From the human T2T-CHM13v2.0 reference genome, Homo sapiens, in the NCBI RefSeq assembly GCF_009914755.1, contig NC_060938.1: 64,000 nucleotides of DNA; one strand, 5' to 3'. Both the position numbers and the translations under genes were made by a program. Positions 15,756 through 27,395 of this stretch are shown piece by piece (positions within the stretch are counted from its first letter, which is position 1; every line of letters starts with the position of its first letter). Below the pieces are notes generated by a model that did not search any database, had not been told where the DNA came from, and saw only the letters and a program-made list of their open reading frames with translations.

Positions 15756-16423
15756 GCTACTTACCTCGTAAGGCATGCTGTGCCATTTAAATGAAATATG
15801 TGACATCAGTAGCCCATAAAAAGCACTTCAAATCTGAGCCATTACAAATTAAAGAACATTAAAGGATAAATAAGCCATTTAGTAAATTGGATAATACACA
15901 CCGTAAGGTTTGTGGGACTTCAGGGAAGAGAGAAATCACTTTGGACAGCAGCGAGCAGTAAAAGGCGTGTTGAGGGGAATTTCTAGGATGTGTGTGGCTG
16001 TGGATCAGAAGAAGATTTGGAGATGTTTCATTCAACCAGTGTGAGTTTGCCAACCTCCAGGAGGCAGGAAGAGCAGTGAATGGGGGTTGGCGGGGGGGCC
16101 CTGTATGATTACAGGAAGGTGAGAAAGCACCCGACTGGAGACTCATGCCCAGCTCCCAGGGCCTGCCCAGCAGAAGCTGATCCCGCCTCACACAGAACCT
16201 AGGCTCCTCTCTCCAATCGGCCTCTCTGTCTGTTCAGCTTCAACACAAAGCCTGAGGACCCCCTGACATTCCAACTCCCTCAGCCACGCCCAGTCCTTCA
16301 TGAAGTCCTACAATTCCAGCTAGTAAACACCTCTCCAAACAGAATCAGCATCACCACCTCCCTCCTACCATCTTCGAACAGTCACCTTCATCTCTCCCCT
16401 GGGCTGCTCCTTCTGTACCTCTC

Positions 16424-16537
16424 CACACACATGCCCGCCAACCACACACATGCACGCCAACCACACACATGCACGCCAACCACACACATGCACGCCAACC
16501 ACACACATGCACGCCAGCCACACACGTGCACACCAAA
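16424..16537 (+). repeat. Minisatellite, 19-bp unit CACACACATGCACGCCAAC x ~6
   Basis: Units start at 16424, 16443, 16462, 16481, 16500 and 16519; units 2-4 are identical. Confidence 0.95.
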
Positions 16538-16629
16538 CACATACATATATGCAGGTCCATCTCCCACAACAGCAGAGCGCCCTGGGAAACGCCCATTGGA
16601 TCATGTACCACGCCCCATAAATACACACC

Positions 16630-16833
16630 ATGATGATTAATGTAATGTGTCAAATCAGCTGAGCCACTGTGTCTAGATGTGTCGTCAAACATTATTCTGG
16701 ATGTTGCTGTGAGGATGTTTTTGGAGATTAACATTTAAAGGGGCAGACTTTGAGTAAAGCAGACTGCCCTCCCCAGTGTACAGGGGCCTTACCCAATCAG
16801 TTGAAGGCCCAAATAGGATTAAAAGACTGACCT
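16630..16833 (+). mobile_element. MLT2-like ERVL LTR fragment
   Basis: TGATGATTAAT..ATGTGTCAA...AAACATTATTCTGGATGT...TGAGTAAAGCAGACTGCCCTCC...CCAATCAGTTGAAGGCC. Confidence 0.75.
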
Positions 16834-19536
16834 TGTGCTTAATATTCATCTTTCCCAAAAATCAATGTCCTCCATCAAGGAGCCGACAGAGCCTGCTTTG
16901 TTCACATGGAGTCCCCAGTGCCTGCGGTTGGGGCATGTCATAGGCCTGCATACAATTTAAAAGACTAAATAAATGAATATCTATTATAATCCAAATATGT
17001 ATTTCCAGCTGGACACAACAATGATCGTTCCTTCTCATTTCCGATCACATATTGTTTGGCTGCATGACGAATGCTCACACTCAAAAATGTCTCCATCATT
17101 ACACAATCCATGATGGGAAACTGACTAAAGCAGGTTGCCTGTGGCAGCAACCCCACCCGGGACATTCAGCCACGTAGCCAAGCGTCCCTGCTGCCCCTCC
17201 TAGCCTTTCCCTCCCCAACCCTCACCATCCAGCCGAACATCCTGATCTCGGATGCCAAGGCCCCCAGGTCTCCCCCCAGCTTCCCTCCTTCCTTTCTAAT
17301 AAGAGGAGACTCCGCTCTGAGGCTAATTCTCTGTGTAGCCTGGGTCATATTCCTTAACCTCTTTGGCTCTGGATCCTCCTCTATAAAGTGAGAGACTGGA
17401 TCAGAGGGTTGTCGGAGGCCCCCTGGCCCTGACTATGCGATCCACAATCATCTACGTCTTTCTGCACCTTGGCCTGACTGCCCCTTCTCACACTGCCAGG
17501 ACTTCCGGTGGCTCAGAGCCAAAACCCACTACTCAGCCGTTCCAACCCAAGTGATTCTTAAGCCACCGCACCATGCCATGCCAGCCTTGCCAGCCTGGAG
17601 GTAAAATCAGGATCACAAATATAAAACAGGATTCTTCTCCCTCTTTCCTTAACTGCAATTGTAGAAGTGGACTCAGCTGTCCTCAATGGGTCTCTCCCAC
17701 ACACTCACTCATATATGCACATACACATACACAAACACTCACACATACACATTCACATCACATTTTCTTTGTTTCAGGCAGGGTGTTTTCATTATGAGCA
17801 ACAGAAACCAATTCTGGCATATCTAAGGAGGAGGGAGAGAGGAAGCAGAGAAGGACCATGAAGAAGAGGATGAGAAAGAGGAAAAATTGGAAAGTCTCCC
17901 AGAATCACAGGAGCCTGAACAGCGAGGTCTTGGGAAGGACAAGGAGCAGCCGGGTCAGAGATCCAGGAACAGGAACCAGCCAGCGACCTCTTCAGAGCTG
18001 GACAAGCAGGATCACCAGCCACCACTGCATCCTTGTTTTTGTTATCAAATTACGTCATACACATAAGAGATTATATTCAGAACATATCAGTATCATTTCA
18101 AAAATATACAAATAAACTGGCCTCCATGGATCCAACAACCAGGTCAAGAAATAGAACTTCACCAACAGGTCTGAAACCCCCAGGAGCCAGTTTAGTCTGC
18201 AAAGCCTTAACTCTTGTCCATCCTCACCTACACGCACTCAAGGGTCAAGCTGCTCTTCCAGGAACTTGATTGGCCCAACTCAGTCATACGCCAACCACTT
18301 GATTTTAAGTCTCAATGAAACTTCGTGCACTGGGGAGCCAGAAGGCCACCAAAAGGCAATTGGGGTACTACTATGAGAAATGTGGACCTGAGTACTGGCT
18401 GGCACAGCAAGTGTCCCCTGGTAGGTTACCCTTGGAAGACTTGCCCCAAAAGATGCTTCTTTCACCTGTGTTTGAGGAGTTTTTTTTGGTTTTGACTTGC
18501 TTTTCTTTATACCTCCTCTTTGACTTAGATGTGTGTCCATGGGACTGAGCCAAAACAACGCTTAAATGGCAGACAGCAGGCTGTGCCCACAACCTCTTTT
18601 CTCCTATTTTGGCCATTTTTGTCTTGAACTTAGCAAAAATGGATTATTCCGCTAGAAGGAGTTATTTCCCAAGAAATCCCTGGCTTCTTTATATAAAGAC
18701 GCCACTGATGGGACTGGCCTATGGCTTGAATCCTAAGGTGTGCCCAGCACCCCCTTCCCAACAAAGAAGGCAGAGATGAGTTGAAGCCAACGTAATGGTT
18801 TCTCCTGTTGCTCAGTGTGATCAGGATTACTAGCTGTCCGCCAAAACTTATTCCCCTGATTTCTTAGTTACAGGCATGTAGCCAGTGATGGGCTGCCCAG
18901 TTAGATAACACTCCCCAGGCTATCTTGGATGTGATATGTGCTATTTGCAGGTCTAGAATTTAAGCCTCAGGGCACGCTTCCTTCTCACTCTCTTTTTCCT
19001 TTTCTCATAAGCTGGAACCTGGACATGGCAGTGACCCAACTCTAATCACAGAAATGACCAAGGTGACCTGGAGAATAATGGAGTGCCACCACCCTGACAA
19101 GCTGAATGGCTCGCTCCAGGACTGTTACGTGAGAGCGAGAGATTGCAAGCCAGTCCTCACGTAAATGAATACACCTACAATCAAAAAGGCCTTTATCTCA
19201 GTACCTAGAGGAGGCATCCCATGATGTGGAACCAGGAAAAGCCTTCTGGTCAACAGATACCAACCCAACTTCTAGCCATTTTGTAGGACCTTGGCCTTTT
19301 GGTAAAAGCATTTCACCCCAGCACACTGACCAAGAAAGTGCACATGAATCCTGAATAGAATAATGCATTTCTCTATATTTCATTAGCCGAGATAAGGGGA
19401 TCTGAAAGAATGATACACAAGACTGACAGAATTTTGGAAGGCAGGACAATAAAAAAAAACGCTAAGACTAAATTATAGTCTGACGAAGATTGAGGAGATA
19501 GGGCACTGGGGATACCAGAGATTAATTTGTAAGAAC

Positions 19537-19836
<300 letters not shown>

Positions 19837-22035
19837 CTTTGTAAGAACCATGAGGGGAAAATGAGAAGCCAAAGAAAAGGACACAGAAAAAAACAATGAG
19901 AAGCATAGACAAAAAAACAGATGCGAAATCTGCTTGCAAAGTAAACCTTAGATTCAGAGGGAGAACTCTCACCAACAAGGACAGAGGGGAAGGGAGATAG
20001 AGACGGAGACAGAAAGGGAAAGAGACAGAGTGAGAGAGTGAGAGAGCAAACAAGGAGGCTGGTGTTAATGATCACATTTACCCACATCAAACCCTAGGAT
20101 TTCCATCTGCTCCCTGGTGCCCAAGTTCCATCATTGCCAAGATGGAAACCATCTGGCTGTATGCACGCGGCCCTCCCAATGTTTTTCCCACAACACTGGT
20201 GTTTTTCCAGCTCCCCGACCTCGTGGGGAATTTCATGCCTGAGTCAGAGGCACAATGTCAACCGGGCCTCAATCCTCTCCCCCACTGGTCTGTCATTGCC
20301 AGTGGAAGCCATTGCCCAGTGTGTTGGCCCCGCGCACATTCACTGAGCCAGTCTCCCTCTGACCCCTCACTCGGCTGGTTTCTTACGGTGCCATCTGCCC
20401 AGAGCATAACCAGAGACTCAGGTATTGTCCCAGGTCAGGGGAGGAGGGAATGTGAAGAGCCTGGGTGGGCGCTGAGATAGGGGACCTGCCCGCAAGAGCT
20501 GACCCTTCTGTCTCTCAGTTGTGTAACCTGAGGCAAGTCACTGCTCCTCTCTGAGCCTCAGTTTCCCCATATATAAGATGGGACTGGTAATACCTATTTC
20601 ACAGTTGTGTTTGAGGATTAAATAACTATTATAAGAAGACTTAAGCCAAGTTCTAAGGAATAGGAGAGGCTGACTCATAGCTGATAATCTTGTATTATTA
20701 TTGGTAGGCAGGTGAGGAGGTAAAATCTTCCTGGCTGGCTCCATGGTTTTTTAAAACATGCCCCTAGACTATATCTTTGTGTGGGTCCCGGTCCAGGCAA
20801 AAGCCTCCCCAGTCAGTGGCCAAGCCCCAGGGCCAGGCATGAACTCCCATGACCTGGAGCCACAGAGAACGAAAAGCCTTGAGCTGTCCTGATGTTGTTG
20901 CCCTCATGAGTAATGAGGAGGCACTAAATGAGCACAATATTAAGGAGATGTGGTGGGACCCAGAGTGACCTTGGGGAGGCGGGGGCAGGGAAGGGAGCAA
21001 CGTCCCTGTAGTGCCAGGATCTGGACATTACACAGGGCACGTAGCTGCCTCTATTTTCAGCCTTTACTAACCTGACTCAAGTATGCCACATTCTCCTCCA
21101 AAGATGCAGGAAGGCAGTTCTGGAAGCTTCCTCCTACCCATGGTCATGGATCAATTGCCTAGAACCCAGAATAATAGTTCCTGAGAGATGCATGCAGGCA
21201 CTGTGCATGCATTAGCTTGTTGAATCCTGGCACAAGCCTAGCAGATAGGTTCTGTTGCAGCTGCATTGAACAGACGAAAAATCAAGCTAAGTACCTTGAG
21301 ATCTGCAGCAGAGGCAGAGGCAGAATTTGGACCAGGCAGTCCACCTCCCTGGCTGCTGCCCTGCCTGCCATTCTGGGACCACAGGGGACCTCTCTTCACC
21401 ATGCTTCAGAGGGCTTGGGTGTCAGCACCCCGAGTTCTGGAGGTTTGGCTGACATGGACCCCAGAAAGCTTCCAGGACAGAGAGAGCCCATCCAAGTTCA
21501 GTCAGCTCCTCCTCAGGGTCACACGGGCTATGCCCTGGGTTAGCAGCCTCTGGGCTGGATGAGATGGACACACAGCACCTCTGAGACTCCACAACATCTG
21601 ATCTTAGCACCACTGTGTCTGCAAGTGGATTTGAGAATGCCACAAACACCCAAGAGGCTGTTTCTTAACCTCTCAGAAGCTTCATGTGCAATTTAAGGCT
21701 TTTATTTCCGAGCTGGGAATGGACTACTTTGTCTGTTGTAAGATAGCTTAGGGCAGCAGTGAGCATAGTGGTGATGCCTGGCAGGCCAGGGGCCACCAAA
21801 AGTCCATACTCATTCTAGGAGATAGCCCACTGCATCTACTATGCACCAGACACTGCTCTAAAAGCTCAGAGTCCACTGGTGAACGAGATAGGCAAGGTCC
21901 TTGATGTCTTGGAGTTTACGTTCTAGTGAAGGAGCACCTCCAGTGAGCGAGTAAACCCATGGCCCTCAAAAGCAGGACAGTGGTAGGGCTACGAGGAAGA
22001 CAAACAATGGTAAAGAGATAGAGGTCAAAGCCTCC

Positions 22036-22247
22036 GTGCATGTGTGTGTCTGCGTGCGTAGCATCCATGGGGTGTGTACGTGTGTTTGTGTGATGTGTAT
22101 GTTGGTGGAGTTTGCATTGGTGTGCACATTGTGTGTGGTTTATCTGTGTGATGTGTATGTGTGTGTTGTGTGTGGTCTGTGTTGGTGCGTGTGCGCTGGT
22201 ATGTGCGACGTGTGTTTCTGTGTGTGTGCATATGTGTATGTGTTGTG
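22036..22247 (+). repeat. Degenerate (TG)n low-complexity tract
   Basis: Direct reading. Confidence 0.85.
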
Positions 22248-22321
22248 GGCTACTTCCGATTGGGCGGTCAGGCAGGCTTCTCTGGGAGAAGTGTCACTTG
22301 AGCCAAAGTGGCCAGGGGACC
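22163..22321 (+). repeat. Direct duplication, copy 1 (partner 24708-24866)
   Basis: 159 bp, ~9 substitutions versus copy 2 by manual alignment. Confidence 0.9.
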
Positions 22322-23290
22322 CGGCTATGGAAGATGAGACAATCAGGGTGATGGTTGGAACTGGCCGCCCCCAGGATTAGGAGGCTCCCAGCTGTGGCAT
22401 GTGGTGCCCCATCAGCCCTCCTCTTATGTGAGGTCGCTCCTGGTGAAGGAACATGAAAGGTGTCCTCCCTTCCAGGGTCCACAGAAGGGCAGAATGCAAA
22501 CCCAGGCCTGAGCTTCCCAACCCTTTTGAACTGCTGGCAAGATTACAGCTGTGCTGGTGGAGCTTCCCAAACACCCGGAGGAAACCCATGCCCCAGTGGG
22601 GCCTTTCTCCAAACAAGTCATTGTTCTTAACTGCCTCTTGCAGGGACCCTGCCCAGCAGGCACAGCCCTCAGGCATCCACTAGCTGTCTAGAGAGCCCGG
22701 ATTCCCTGGGGGACTTTCCAGGCCTCTGTGGCCTGCCCAAGGTCACCCATCTGCATGGAGCTCATTCATTTCTTCTCACTCTGGAGTGCAAGAGGCCAGA
22801 CGTTTTTTGCACAGCAAAACTCCAAAACCAAAACCACAAAAGTCCTGTACCTGCTTATCTACGCGTTCCATTCCATCCATCAGAGTGAAAATCCAAGCAA
22901 GGTTTTCATATGCCTGATACTGGCTGACTGGGTAACCATGCACACATAAAATCATTTTTTTACTCATCCACCTTTCTCAAGTGACCACAGGATTGGAGAC
23001 AGTGATGTATAGAAGATGAGATCGCTGCCTCCAGGACTCCATGGGAGGGAGAAAAGACATCCATCCAAATAATCACTGAGCACCTGCTCAGCTCCAGGTG
23101 CCCAGGGAAGGGGAGTAATCTCTTGGCAGACACAAAGTAAGACAGGGAGGTACAGGCGCAGTGGATACACATGGCAGGGCAACAAGCCCCTGCAGGCTGA
23201 GCTTCCAGAGAAGGTTCTGTGGGGCACCGACGGTTAAGCTGGGGCCTGAATGATAAATGGGTGTTGCCAGATGCAGGGAAGAGTGATGAA

Positions 23291-23539
23291 GCAGGTGGAT
23301 TACTTGAGGCCAGGAGTTTAAGACCAGCTTGGCCAACATGGTGAAACCCTGTCTCTACTGAAAATACAAAAATTAGCCGGGCGTGGTGGCAGGTGCCTGT
23401 AATCCCAGCTACTCAGGAGGCTGAGGCAGGAGAATTGCTTGAACCCAGGAAGTGGAGGTTGCAGTGAGCCAAGATCTCACCACTGCACTCCAGCCTGGGT
23501 GATTAAGCAAGACTCCATCTTAAAAAAAAAAAAAAAAAA
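23291..23539 (+). mobile_element. 5'-truncated AluS
   Basis: GCAGGTGGATTACTTGAGGCCAGGAG...poly-A. Confidence 0.93.
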
Positions 23540-23696
23540 GTAACGAGGAGAGTTCCAGGACTAGCAGAGGAAAGATTTAGCCAGTACACACTGGATATTA
23601 AATACCAACATACTTCCTTATGTATGAATAGATACCTTCCCACATCCCATCCCAACACTCAGCTCACCCCAACCCCTGCTCCTGGAATCTCCTTTT

Positions 23697-24108
23697 ATGG
23701 GGTAAATAGTGTCCCCCAAAAAGGAGTTGATGTTGTAACCCCCAGTAGCTGTGGACATGACCTTATTTGGAAATAGAGTCTTTGCAGACAATCAAGTTGA
23801 AAGGAGATCATTGGGGTGGCCCTAATCCAATGTGTTCTTATATAAAAGGGAGTAACTTGGACACGGATGCGCACACACAGGGAGAATGCGATGTGCAGAC
23901 AGGAGTTCTGCTGCCACAGCTAAGGAGTTACCAGAAGCTACAGAGAGGCCTGGAACAGATTCCCCCTAGAGCCTTCACAGGGTTCCCGGCCCTGCCCACA
24001 CCTTAATGTCAGACTGTTAGTCTCCAACACTGTGAGACAATCAATTCCTGTCGTTTAAGCCGCTCCATTTATGGTACTTTGTTGTGGCAGCCGTGGGTAA
24101 CTGACACA
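23697..24108 (+). mobile_element. MaLR solo LTR (MLT1B-like)
   Basis: TGACCTTATTTGGAAATAGAGTCTTTGCAGA...GGCCCTAATCCAAT...GGTACTTTGTTGTGGCAGCC. Confidence 0.8.
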
Positions 24109-24707
24109 CTCCCTATGATCCAAACGTTAAAGAGGAAACTCCTGGTAGACCAAGAGGTCTCCAAGAGGCTGTTCCATCATATTGCCATTGGTAAAGATTT
24201 TAAACATCACTCCTGGAGAAAGCAAATGTAAAAGTCCTGAGTCCAAGATCTCTCTGAAACTGAAAGAAAGCTCCAGGGGACAGGAGAGAGAGCGTGAAAG
24301 TGGGAAGAAGAGATAGCAGGAGCCAGGCACCACCGGTGGCTTGGTCCTTACTCTAAGAGCAACAGAAGCACGGTAGAGTTTTAAGTGACAAATGCTGACT
24401 TACGCTTTTGGAAGGGCCCTTGGGCTGCCAGGAGGGGAAGGGGCAAATGTGGCCGTGAAGACACTTTGTAGGAAGCAGAGCCTTATCCAGGCCGGAGAGG
24501 TGGGTGGCAGCTCTGTGCTGGGGGTGGGAACAGCTGGGGGAGTCCTCACTTCTGTTTTGTCTGTAAAGTAGCAGGAAAGGTTATTTGCGTGGGATGATGG
24601 GGAACTAGAAGGTGTCAGGGTGTGAAGGACAAGCAGATGGGAACCCCTGGGAGGCTCTGGGCAGCCCGTGGGGTGCTGCCAAAGCTGGTGATTCTGAGTC
24701 AGCAGTG

Positions 24708-24866
24708 GTGTTGTGTGTGGTCTGTGTTGGTATGTGTGTGCTGGTATGTGTGACGTGTGTTTCTGTGTGTGTGCGTATGTGTATGTGTTGTGGGCTACTT
24801 CAGATTGGGCAGTCAGGCAGGCTTCTCTGGGAGAAGTGACACTTCAGCCAAAGTGGCCAGGGGACC
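24708..24866 (+). repeat. Direct duplication, copy 2 (partner 22163-22321)
   Basis: Same sequence at constant offset 2545 bp. Confidence 0.9.
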
Positions 24867-25745
24867 GAGCTGGGGGAGGCCCATCGTCAGTGCCCTAGCG
24901 AATGTGGAAGTGCTCGAGGGACAGGGAGGGGCCGACGGCCATCGCACCAGTGAGGGGGAAGGCAGACGCAGTGTGAGCAGTCCAGTAACTTATCTGGAAG
25001 GCAGGAGGGTTATAGGCAGAAAATTAAATGACAGTATTGGCTAAAAGTGGCAGATTCATCACACGTCAGTGTGCTCCCTCTCCCAAAACCCCTTTAAAAA
25101 TATTAGTAAAGGTGTTGCGATTTTTCAAAAGATGTTGCTGTACAAGAACACAGCACACAGAAGATGCTGCAGTAGCAGCTGAGAGTCAATAAACTGTTAG
25201 TTGACTGAAAGCAAGCCAGGGATCTAGCAGAGTGAAGACGGTGTCCACCCAAGGGCATGAGGAAAGGGTGCCGTCAACAAGCCACTTGACCACAGAATCT
25301 AGGTGCTCAGTGTTTTGAAGTGGCAGGTGTCACAAAAGGAGGGCGTTAGATATGAGACTCAAGAAAAAGGAGATTGGATAAAAATTTGTCTGCAAAATGG
25401 TTGTGTTCTCAGTCCCCTCCTTCTAGCCTCTGTTACGCTCCCTCTGACCCAAACATTAAAGAGTAGACCAAGAGGTCTGACTCCAGCAATAGCTTCTTCT
25501 CCCTTCCCCCACTAAATACCTCCAGCCCCTACACTAGCTTTACTCTCTGGGAAAATTAAATGGGAGAGATTAGAGGTGAGGCATGAGGCTGAACAGCTTA
25601 GGGTTCCATGGAAATCTGTATGTGGAGCTCTGGCACCCCAGGCTCCTTCTGGGTCCTGTTCCCACAAGGCCGATGCCAGGCATATGCTTGTCAGGCAGGG
25701 ACTGCAGGGCTCTAGAGGGAACACCTGCAGAGCTGACATTGGAAG

Positions 25746-26043
25746 TGCTGACGAAAAGAGTCAAACTCTGTAAAATATTTGAAGAGATTTATTCTGAGCC
25801 AAATATGAGCAACCACGGCCCATGACACAGCCCTCAGGAGATCCTGAGAACATGTGCCAGGGTGGTCAGGGTGCAGCTTGGTTTTATACATTTTAGGGAG
25901 GCATGAGACTTCAATCAAATACATTTAAGAAATACATTGATTTGGTCCAGAAAGGTGGGACAACGCAAAGTGTGTGGTGGGGAGGGGTGTTTCAGGCTAT
26001 AGGTACATTTAAACATTTTCTGGTTGACAATTGGTTGAGTTTC
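25746..26043 (-). mobile_element. MER4E-like ERV1 LTR, 3' half
   Basis: Reverse complement reads AAACTCAACCAATTGTCAACCAGAAAATG...AATAAATCTCTTCAAATATTTTACAGAGTTTGACTCTTTTCGTCAGCA. Confidence 0.85.
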
Positions 26044-26046
26044 TCT

Positions 26047-26589
26047 CTTTTTTTTGGCATTCCTCCTTTTTTAATTTTTTAATTTTTATTTTTTATTTTA
26101 GTTTAAGTTCTGGGATACATGTGCAGAAGGGGGAGGTTTGTTACATAGATATACATGTGCCATAGTAGTTTGCTGCACCTAGCAACCCATCATCTAGGTT
26201 TTAAGCCCCATATGCTTAGGTATTTGTCCTAATGCTCTCCCTCCTTTTGCCCCTACCCACAGACAGGCCCTGGTGTGTGTTGTTCCCCCTCCCTCTGCCC
26301 ATGTGTTCTCATTGTTCAACTCCCACTTATGTGTGAGAACATGCGGTGTTTGGTTTTCTGTTCCTCTGTTAGTTTGCTGAGAATGATGACTTTTGGCTTC
26401 ATCCATGTCCCTGCAAAGGACATGAATTCATTCCTTTTTAAGGCTGACTAGTATTCCTAGTGTATATGTGCCACATTTTCTTTATCCAGTCTACCATTGA
26501 TGGGCATTTGGGTTGGTTCCATGTCTTTGCTATTGTAAATAGTGCTGCAATAAACATACGTGTGCATGTGTCTTTATAGTAGAATGATT
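26047..26589 (-). mobile_element. L1PA (PA7/8-like) 3' end with poly-A tail
   Basis: T-rich tail then reverse L1 3'UTR (TTCAACTCCCACTTATG, GAGAACATGCGGTGTTTGG, GGGCATTTGGGTTGGTTCC). Confidence 0.9.
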
Positions 26590-26851
26590 ATTTAATGGGT
26601 GCAATATTTTATCCTTGTGAGGTTTTAATAATAATTTAATTTTTTTTGATAGTCTTCACTGCTTATTCTTGGTCTCTTTCCTCTTTGCTTGTTTAGTGGG
26701 TTTCTTCAAATGGCCAGTGCTGCTGGCCACCTGCTTACACTGCATAGTGAGCTGGGCCCAGGGTCTGCACAGCTGGTCTGGCCTCAGTGCCAAGAGTGCT
26801 TCATGGAGGAAACATCCAGCAGCAAGCTAGGAATGCCGGTGGGGGCCTTTC

Positions 26852-27333
26852 TGAGGACTAAGCTCTGATTTTTCAATCTTGCCCAAATTCCTATCTAAGG
26901 GGTCTTGGGAGTCATGCCTTACAAACCATACATTCTCATCAGATGTGTTTTATTTAACCCTATATATCGTGACTTACTTTCCAACCTGACTCTGGCATAA
27001 TATTATGAGATAAGGAGGAAAATCAAAATATTTTACCCCAAAACATTTTTCTTTGCTGTATCTTGAAATGGCCCTGCAAAGCCGTCCTTTGTGAGGGAAA
27101 ATTTGCATCTGAAATGAATCTCTATTAACATAGCTAGATCTTTTTCTTCCAGGCCCTCCCAATCCTGAAGAGATTAACTAAGAGTCTAGCACATTTTAAA
27201 GATCTGAATAGGAAAGATTTGTCATCCATTGTCTCTAAGGGCAGCCAATATAAGACTTCAAAAGAACCCTGGTCTCCACAAACTTTTATCTTAACCTGAA
27301 CATTTCCTTTCTATTGATCCCAGGTCTTTAGAC
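26852..27333 (+). mobile_element. MER4E-like ERV1 LTR, 5' half (opposite orientation to its 3' half)
   Basis: TGAGGACTAAGCTCTGATTTTT...CTTGCCCAAATTCCTATCTAAGGGG...GATCCCAGGTCTTTAGAC. Confidence 0.85.
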
Positions 27334-27395
27334 CATTTGACTCAGCAATCCCATTACTGGATATATACCCAAAGTATTATAAATCATTCTACTAT
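27332..27395 (+). mobile_element. L1PA fragment continuing the 26047-26589 element in opposite orientation
   Basis: ACCATTTGACTCAGCAATCCCATTACTGGATATATACCCAAAGTATTATAAATCATTCTACTAT matches the L1 segment just 5' of where the minus-strand piece stops. Confidence 0.85.

Noticed and set aside
16424-16537. Possible CRISPR-like array
   Set aside because: Units are contiguous with no unique spacers, and the DNA is human; it is a minisatellite
26047-27395. L1 twin-priming as the cause of the opposite-strand L1 pieces
   Set aside because: The inverted block also contains half of the host LTR and ~260 bp of flanking DNA, which twin-priming would not invert
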